Source: a virus (Duplodnaviria; Caudoviricetes). Taken from it: DNA of 25,150 bases. Of the stretch, positions 18,588 to 25,150 are shown piece after piece. The DNA lies in the IMG/VR virus record IMGVR_UViG_3300030331_005526, positions 1 through 25,150 of that record, one strand, 5' to 3'. A program made the translations under genes and the position numbers. Numbering within the stretch: the first letter of the stretch is position 1; every line of letters begins with the position of its first letter. Under the pieces are notes generated by a model. The model was not told the DNA's origin and did not search any database. It saw only the letters and a list, made by a program, of their open reading frames with translations.

Positions 18588-21500
18588 ATGCCACAGAACA
18601 CCAACCTTAATGTCAGTCCATATTTTGATGATTTTGATTCATCAAAGAATTTCAACAAAGTTCTTTTCAAACCTGGCAATCCAATACAAGCAAGAGAATT
18701 AACAACTCTTCAATCTATCTTACAAGGACAGATAGAAAAATTTGGTAAACACTTCTTCAAAGAAGGATCGATGATCATACCTGGTGTATTCAAGTATGAT
18801 GGTCAATATACGTCTGTCAAAGTAGAATCTACATTTTTTGGTGTTCCTGTAGAATTATACTATGACAAACTTGTTGGTCTAAGAATACAAGGTAAAACAA
18901 CTGGTGTTATTGCTCAAGTCGTAAAGGTATTGTCTGCTGCTGCATCAGAAACTAATCATACTACACTTTATATCAAATATGAAAAGGACTCTGATAATTA
19001 TTTGGCAGGCACTTTTTTAGATGGTGAGACTCTTACAACACTTGAAGACCTTACTTATGGTTTGACAACCATAACAAACGGGTCAGATTTTGCTACAGCG
19101 ATCAATTCTAATGCGACAAATGTTGGATCTGCTTTTGCTATCACAAGAGGTGTATGGTTTGTCCGTGGATCTTTTGTCGAAGTAAGTCCAGAAACAATAA
19201 TACTAAATCAATATGAACCATTTGCATCATTCAGAGTAGGTTTAAATGTCAAAGAGGAGATTGTCACTGCTGTTGATGATAATAGTTTATACGATAATGC
19301 TGCTGGATTCTCCAACTACACTGCTCCTGGTGCTGATAGGTTCAAGCTTAGTGTTTCTCTTATTAAAAAGGAATTAGATGATTATCAAGATGAAAACTTC
19401 ATAGAATTACAACGTATACAGGAAGGCATTACCGTAAAAATTGTAGATACCACAATATACAGTGAGTTAGCTAAAGAATTTGCAAGAAGGACATTTGATG
19501 AGAGTGGTAATTACTATGTTGATAAATTTGATATAGAGGCAAAAGAATGTTTGAATGATAGGGTAGACGTATTTGGTACTTTTTTCCCAGAACAAATTAC
19601 AGATCAGGGTAATGTGCCTACAAAAGACTTGATGAATATAAGGATAGGACCTGGTAAAGCATACGTAAGGGGATATGAAGTAAAAACACATGGATCAAGA
19701 CATATTGATGTAGATAAACCAAGAACAACTAGACTTGTTGAGTCATCTGCTGTGCCATTTGAGGCAGGTAATAAACTAAGACTTAATAATGTTCTCAATG
19801 GTGCACAGATAAAGTTGTCCGCTATAAATTCTGATTATGTATCACTACAAAAAGAAAGATTAGGATCTACAAGATCATCAGCATTGACAGAAATAGGAAG
19901 AGCAAGAATATATGATTTCAAATTACAAAACGCTGGTTATACAGGAGATGTCAGTGTTTTTGAGTTGATGTTACTTGATATTCAAACAGATGTATCACTA
20001 ACAATAAATCAATCACATACTATAGCACTACCTGCTGTTATAGAAGGAGCAAGTTCTGGTGCAAGAGGATTCTTGAAATCTGGTGTTTCAGGTTCTACAA
20101 CTGTTGTGTTGAATCAAGTAGCAGGTAAGTTCCTTACTAATGAGCAACTTATTATAAATGGTGAAAGAAATGGTAGAATAATTACAGGTATAACTGAGTT
20201 TGATCTGAGTGATGTAAAATCAGTTAGATCAACAGCAGCGTCTAGAACATTTGCTGCTGATGTTGTACTAGAAACTAAAAAAGATCTTACTGGTAGATCA
20301 TTCAGTATCACAAGTGGTGGTGTGGTTACCAGTGGCACAGCTGGTTGGACAAAAAACTTCAAAGTTGGTGATGTTATCTCATACAAACGTGGTGGCGTTA
20401 CAGATGTAACATTCAACGTTGTAAGTGCTGTGAGTGCAACAAACAATAATGTTACTGTTGTAGCAGCACCAAACACAGTCTCAGGTGTATGTCATAAGGC
20501 ACTCCCAAGTTCAACCATCACTGTAAGCGATTTAAAAATTGTATCAGGTAAAATAAAAAGTTCCAAGAGTGGGTTCTTGTACGCTGAGTTACCTAATAAA
20601 GGAATTGAATCAGTAGATCTAACTGATTCTCTTTTACAAGTAAGAGTAGAAGATACTGGACTTAGCACTAATGGTAGCGGTCAATTGACTATGCCATCAT
20701 TGACAGGCACTGATTTTGTTTATGCACCCTTTGATGAGGAAAGATATACTGTCATATACAACGATGGATCTATTGAAACACTAACGACTGATCAAGTAAC
20801 ACTTACTACTGGTGCTAAAGGTGTGACAATATCAGGATTGACAGCTAGTCAAAGTAATAATGTTGTGGTTCACAGCACACAACAAAAATCAAAAGTAAAA
20901 TCAAAAGTAAAAAATCTTACAAGAAGTGCTACTCTCATTGTATCAGGTTCAAATAGATCAAACTCAGGGATTACAACTGGTTTACGAGATGGTCTTACAT
21001 TTGCCTCTCCATTTGGTAAACGTGTACAAGATAGAGAGATATCTTTAGATGTTCCAGATGTGGTTTCTGTAGCTGCTGTATTTGAGTCATCAGGAAACAC
21101 AGATCCTACTATCCCTCAACTCACACTTGGATCATACAACGGACCTAACGCTAATAATAGTGATGTTATCTTAGGTGAAATCGGTATTGGTGTAAGTTCT
21201 GGTGGTGCTGCTATGATTCTTGGCAGAAGTTCCACAACAAAAGTTGATGTTATCTTCAAAAATAATAAACCTTTTGTAGAGGGTGAAGAGGTTAAGTTTC
21301 AGGAGAGTGGAGTAAGAGCAGTGCTATCAAGTGTAGAACCTGGTGACAATAACATAAGGGCAAATTATAGACTTGATACTGGACAAAGATCAGAGTTCTA
21401 TGATTTTGGTAGATTAGTACGTAAGCAAGGATTCCCAGAACCACAGGGTAGATTGAAAATATATTTTGATCATTATGTGATAAATTCTGAGGATTCTGGT

Positions 21501-24500
21501 GACGTAATTACAGCGAGTAGTTACGATGCTAATGAGTATGATACTGTGCCCATATTTGATGAGATAAGAAACACTGATGTTGTAGATTTTAGACCTAGAG
21601 TAGCTCCGTACAGTGGGAGTAGATCACCGTTTGAATTTGATTCAAGAGATTTTTCAGGTGCTGGTCAAGCTGCGAGAGTTCTTGTTTCAGATGAAAACAT
21701 AACGTTTGATTACAAACACTATCTACCTAGAATAGATAGGTTGTATATTCAAAGAAACGGGAACTTCATTATAAAACAGGGTGAACCTGCTGTCAAACCC
21801 GTTCAACCAGAAGCAATACCAAATGCTTTTGAATTAGCTAGAATAGAGTATCCACCTTACGTCTTTGATGCAAAACGTGAAGTAAAAGTTATTTTCCGTG
21901 GAAATCAAAGATACACCATGAAAGATATTGGTGCTCTTGAAACTAGAATTGAAAAATTAGAAGATTCTACTACACTGTCATTACTAGAATCTAAAACTGA
22001 GAGTTTAGTTATTACTGACCCAACTACAGGTTTAGATAGATTCAAGAATGGTTTTGTTGTAGATCCATTCAACACATTTGGGGTAGCCGATAAAACAGTA
22101 CCATTCCTAAAGTACGATATTGATGAAGGAAAACTCGTCTCACGCAAATATTCAGATTCTATTGATTTGCTTGTTGGTTCTAATAGTGTTGTGGGTACGA
22201 ACGGTGCACCAGATTTATCTGTTGACCCAAGGTATGTAACCGATTTTGGCAATCCAAATGTAAAGAAGACTGGTGACCTAATTACACTCGATTATGACGA
22301 AGTTGTAGAAAGAGTACAACCATTTGCAACAAGAGTTGAAAACGTAAACCCATATATGATAAGGAGTTGGGCAGGTAATCTTGCACTTAACCCAGACTCT
22401 GATGTCTTTATTGTAAATGAAGCACAACAATTAGGGGATTTCTTATCTCTCTCTGACGGTACAGACCTTATCGTGACTGAAAGAGATATTCCAGACATGA
22501 GGGAGCAGAATATTGAATTTGTTGCTACTCGTCTAAAACCAGGCACTAATCATTATATTTCATTTGCAGGTGTGGACATGATTGAGAATCGTAATAATGT
22601 CATACCTAAACTTTTAGAAGTAACACCTGTGACTGGTGCGTTTCAAATTGGTGAAACAGTGAGTGGATTAATTCCTGATGCCAATGGTGGCACTGACCAA
22701 GTAGTATTCAGATTTAGACTTGCAACACCTAATCATAAAGACGGTCCTTTCAATAGTCCTACAGTCGTATTCGATAACAATCCATACGAGGCAAATGTTG
22801 GATTGTCTTCATCATACTCTGAGACTTCTACAGTATTAAATATTGATACTAAATCTTTATCACAGATGTCTGATCCAAATTTCTTTGGATTTGTACAAGA
22901 AGATATGATATTGGTAGGTGAATCAAGTGGTGCAGGTGCTCAAATCAATCAACTTAGATTGATAAGTGATGATAAAGGTGCTTTGGTAGGTTGTCTTCAC
23001 ATTGAGGAAGGACAATTTATAAACGGTACAAACACCGCATTGGTTTCAAGTTTGAGACCAACTGATCCACAAACACCAGGCATAAACTTCAGTCGTGCTA
23101 GTGCGGATCATTTCTCAGAAGGTACATTAGTAACTGATAACACCCTTGTGAAAATAGAACCAGAACCAGTAATACCTGTTATAAACTTCATAACAAATAT
23201 TACACAAAATATAACTAATATCACAAATATACTATCTCAACAAGAAGAGGATGATGACCCCCTTGCACAGACATTTCAAGTCGACCAAAGTGATGGTATC
23301 TTTATAACATCTGTTGATTTATTCTTTGCAACAAAATCAGAAACTATACCACTCGAATTACGTGTGGTTGATGTGGTCAATGGTTATCCATCAAGAAATG
23401 TAAGAAAACATAGCATCGTAGTTAAAAATCCAAGTGAAGTGAATGTGTCATCAGATGCTTCTCTTCCAACTACATTTACATTTAGATCTCCTGTTTATCT
23501 ACCTCAGGGTGAATATGCTTTTGTCGTAATCACAGCGACATCAGATTACAACCAATGGATTTGTCAGATAGGAGAGGAGGACATCTCAACAGCAGATCAA
23601 CCAGAATTAGGTAAGGTAATTGTCACAAAACAACCTACTCTTGGGTCATTATTCAAAGGTCAAACTGCTGGCACATGGACACCCTCTCAGTTAGAGGATA
23701 TGAAGTATACTCTCAGAAGAGCAAAATTCACTACAAATCCTGGTGCGGTCAACTTCTACAATCCAGCACTAAACATATTTGATACTAGAAACAAATTACC
23801 CGATAATCCAATAGAAACATTTTCAAGGAGAGTTGTTGTTGGTCTCACGTCTTCAATTGCAACTGGGACTGACATTGGATCTGTTATTACACAAACATCT
23901 AATTCAGATGCCAGTGGTATTGTTGCTGAAAAATTATCACACCTCTCACAAGCTGGAAATACCTTATCTGTTACAAATTCTGGAACTGGGTATGAAGATG
24001 CCACATACAGTTCGGTCAGTTTGGTTGCTTTGACAGGTAGAGGAACAGGTGCAGTAGGAGTTGTTACTGTCTCGTCAGGTCAAATCACTGGTGTGACAGT
24101 CAAAGGAAGTAATACTGGAAGTGGATATCAAGTGGGTGACATACTTACTGCTGCTCTCGGAGTAAAGGGTTTAGGTCAAGATCTTAAGATAACAGTTGGT
24201 GTGACCACAGCAGCAAATGCTCTAGTATTGACAAATGGCACGGGAACATTTGACACCACAAATACTATTATATCTGACGGAACAACTTTACCCAATATCA
24301 TACCTGCTACAGTGACAACAAATACAGATCAGTATGATGGATCGCACTTCAAAGTCAGTCATCCTAATCATTGCAATCATGCAGTGAATAACACAGTGAC
24401 TATCGCTGATGTTACAGGCGATTCAGTTTCAACCAAAATAACCGTAGGTTATGGGGTGAGTGAGACAAGTGTAGTATCTGTTGCAAGTAGTATTGGATTT

Positions 24501-25150
24501 AGTTTCTTTGAGGGAGAACAGGTTACAGCAAGTAATCCTGGTTATGCAATGATAGGAAATGAAATCATAGAATATACATCTGTGGGTGTAAATCAACTTA
24601 GTGGTACCATCACTCGTGGAATAGATAATTCATTACCTAGAACTTATTCTGTAGGGGCACCGATACAAAAATATGAATTATCTGGTGTATCACTTAGAAA
24701 AATAAACAAAACACACTCACTTATAAATGTGACATCTGGAATCGAGGACAGAGTAACTCTTGACTCATATCATGTAAAAATTGACGGTACTAAATTCTTC
24801 TCTAAAGATAAATTTGGTGGAGGAGTGAAGGCAAGAGCTACAAAAAATATTATGTTTGACGCTATTACGCCAACAGTATCACATAGTTTACCACCTGGTA
24901 CAGATATAAATGCAAGTGTTAGAACAATAACTGCAACCAGTGTAAGTGGTGGTGAGAATTCATTTGTGGACACAGGATTTACAAATTTATCACTTGTAAA
25001 TGAAACTGTATTTACTGAGACTAGAATGGTCGCATCAGTTGCTAACGAGGATGCACAACTATCTCAATTACCAGCAAATAAATCATTCATGTTGCAAGTG
25101 TCCATGAACACCAACAATGAAGATTTATCACCTGCTATAGATGCATTCAA
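18588..25150 (+). CDS. vrlC: VrlC-like / DUF4815 large virion structural protein (>2187 aa, 3'-truncated; missing from the ORF track)
   Basis: ATG 18588 lies 4 nt after the gp8 stop and gives MPQNTNLNVSPYFDDFD...KVLFKPGNPIQARELTTLQSILQ. Family motifs downstream include APGADRF, ARRTFDESGNY, GPGKAYVRGYE, RYTMKDIG, DRFKNGFVVD, MREQNIEF, DPLAQTF and EDMKY. Frame spot-checks at about 22500, 23160, 24360 and 25140 match the start, and the ORF track shows no closed ORF in this frame. Confidence 0.9.
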   Translation, partial: MPQNTNLNVSPYFDDFDSSKNFNKVLFKPGNPIQARELTTLQSILQGQIEKFGKHFFKEGSMIIPGVFKYDGQYTSVKVESTFFGVPVELYYDKLVGLRIQGKTTGVIAQVVKVLSAAASETNHTTLYIKYEKDSDNYLAGTFLDGETLTTLEDLTYGLTTITNGSDFATAINSNATNVGSAFAITRGVWFVRGSFVEVSPETIILNQYEPFASFRVGLNVKEEIVTAVDDNSLYDNAAGFSNYTAPGADRFKLSVSLIKKELDDYQDENFIELQRIQEGITVKIVDTTIYSELAKEFARRTFDESGNYYVDKFDIEAKECLNDRVDVFGTFFPEQITDQGNVPTKDLMNIRIGPGKAYVRGYEVKTHGSRHIDVDKPRTTRLVESSAVPFEAGNKLRLNNVLNGAQIKLSAINSDYVSLQKERLGSTRSSALTEIGRARIYDFKLQNAGYTGDVSVFELMLLDIQTDVSLTINQSHTIALPAVIEGASSGARGFLKSGVSGSTTVVLNQVAGKFLTNEQLIINGERNGRIITGITEFDLSDVKSVRSTAASRTFAADVVLETKKDLTGRSFSITSGGVVTSGTAGWTKNFKVGDVISYKRGGVTDVTFNVVSAVSATNNNVTVVAAPNTVSGVCHKALPSSTITVSDLKIVSGKIKSSKSGFLYAELPNKGIESVDLTDSLLQVRVEDTGLSTNGSGQLTMPSLTGTDFVYAPFDEERYTVIYNDGSIETLTTDQVTLTTGAKGVTISGLTASQSNNVVVHSTQQKSKVKSKVKNLTRSATLIVSGSNRSNSGITTGLRDGLTFASPFGKRVQDREISLDVPDVVSVAAVFESSGNTDPTIPQLTLGSYNGPNANNSDVILGEIGIGVSSGGAAMILGRSSTTKVDVIFKNNKPFVEGEEVKFQESGVRAVLSSVEPGDNNIRANYRLDTGQRSEFYDFGRLVRKQGFPEPQGRLKIYFDHYVINSEDSGDVITASSYDANEYDTVPIFDEIRNTDVVDFRPRVAPYSGSRSPFEFDSRDFSGAGQAARVLVSDENITFDYKHYLPRIDRLYIQRNGNFIIKQGEPAVKPVQPEAIPNAFELARIEYPPYVFDAKREVKVIFRGNQRYTMKDIGALETRIEKLEDSTTLSLLESKTESLVITDPTTGLDRFKNGFVVDPFNTFGVADKTVPFLKYDIDEGKLVSRKYSDSIDLLVGSNSVVGTNGAPDLSVDPRYVTDFGNPNVKKTGDLITLDYDEVVERVQPFATRVENVNPYMIRSWAGNLALNPDSDVFIVNEAQQLGDFLSLSDGTDLIVTERDIPDMREQNIEFVATRLKPGTNHYISFAGVDMIENRNNVIPKLLEVTPVTGAFQIGETVSGLIPDANGGTDQVVFRFRLATPNHKDGPFNSPTVVFDNNPYEANVGLSSSYSETSTVLNIDTKSLSQMSDPNFFGFVQEDMILVGESSGAGAQINQLRLISDDKGALVGCLHIEEGQFINGTNTALVSSLRPTDPQTPGINFSRASADHFSEGTLVTDNTLVKIEPEPVIPVINFITNITQNITNITNILSQQEEDDDPLAQTFQVDQSDGIFITSVDLFFATKSETIPLELRVVDVVNGYPSRNVRKHSIVVKNPSEVNVSSDASLPTTFTFRSPVYLPQGEYAFVVITATSDYNQWICQIGEEDISTADQPELGKVIVTKQPTLGSLFKGQTAGTWTPSQLEDMKYTLRRAKFTTNPGAVNFYNPALNIFDTRNKLPDNPIETFSRRVVVGLTSSIATGTDIGSVITQTSNSDASGIVAEKLSHLSQAGNTLSVTNSGTGYEDATYSSVSLVALTGRGTGAVGVVTVSSGQITGVTVKGSNTGSGYQVGDILTAALGVKGLGQDLKITVGVTTAANALVLTNGTGTFDTTNTIISDGTTLPNIIPATVTTNTDQYDGSHFKVSHPNHCNHAVNNTVTIADVTGDSVSTKITVGYGVSETSVVSVASSIGFSFFEGEQVTASNPGYAMIGNEIIEYTSVGVNQLSGTITRGIDNSLPRTYSVGAPIQKYELSGVSLRKINKTHSLINVTSGIEDRVTLDSYHVKIDGTKFFSKDKFGGGVKARATKNIMFDAITPTVSHSLPPGTDINASVRTITATSVSGGENSFVDTGFTNLSLVNETVFTETRMVASVANEDAQLSQLPANKSFMLQVSMNTNNEDLSPAIDAF

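Noticed and set aside
20885-20908. 12-bp tandem repeat AAAATCAAAAGT x2
   Set aside because: Only two copies, in frame (KSKVKSKV) and of low complexity; not an array or a regulatory repeat.
19467-24973. Short ORFs listed by the track in the last 6 kb
   Set aside because: All fall within the unlisted VrlC-like frame.
1-25150. CRISPR arrays, tRNA/rRNA, introns, inteins, homing endonucleases, DGR template repeats
   Set aside because: Coding density is nearly complete with gaps of about 50 nt or less. I saw no spaced nucleotide repeats, intein splice motifs, LAGLIDADG/HNH motifs or reverse transcriptase by eye. A computational scan would be needed to exclude subtle cases.

Overview
All genes in this window are on the + strand. 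It is an AT-rich segment of a T4-like marine myophage, most consistent with a cyanophage (Kyanoviridae-like); the host cannot be fixed from this window. Bases 1-2990 hold a small non-structural cluster: the 3' part of a NodU/CmcH-type carbamoyltransferase, a strongly miniaturised RuvB-like AAA+ protein, an SGNH-like protein, a GT2-like glycosyltransferase with its own sigma70-type promoter, and a small acidic ORF closed by an intrinsic terminator. From about 3000, T4-type late promoter boxes precede the baseplate module: gp25, gp6 (with a His-rich module and Ser tail), a 2757-aa gp7-like protein, a 1042-aa protein that looks like a separated gp7 C-terminal part, and gp8. A VrlC/DUF4815-type structural gene of more than 2187 aa then runs off the window and is absent from the ORF track. 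I saw no RNA genes, CRISPR arrays or mobile elements. The most unusual element is the mini-RuvB, embedded in a possible glycan or nucleotide modification cluster. All family calls come from motif recognition, not database searches.
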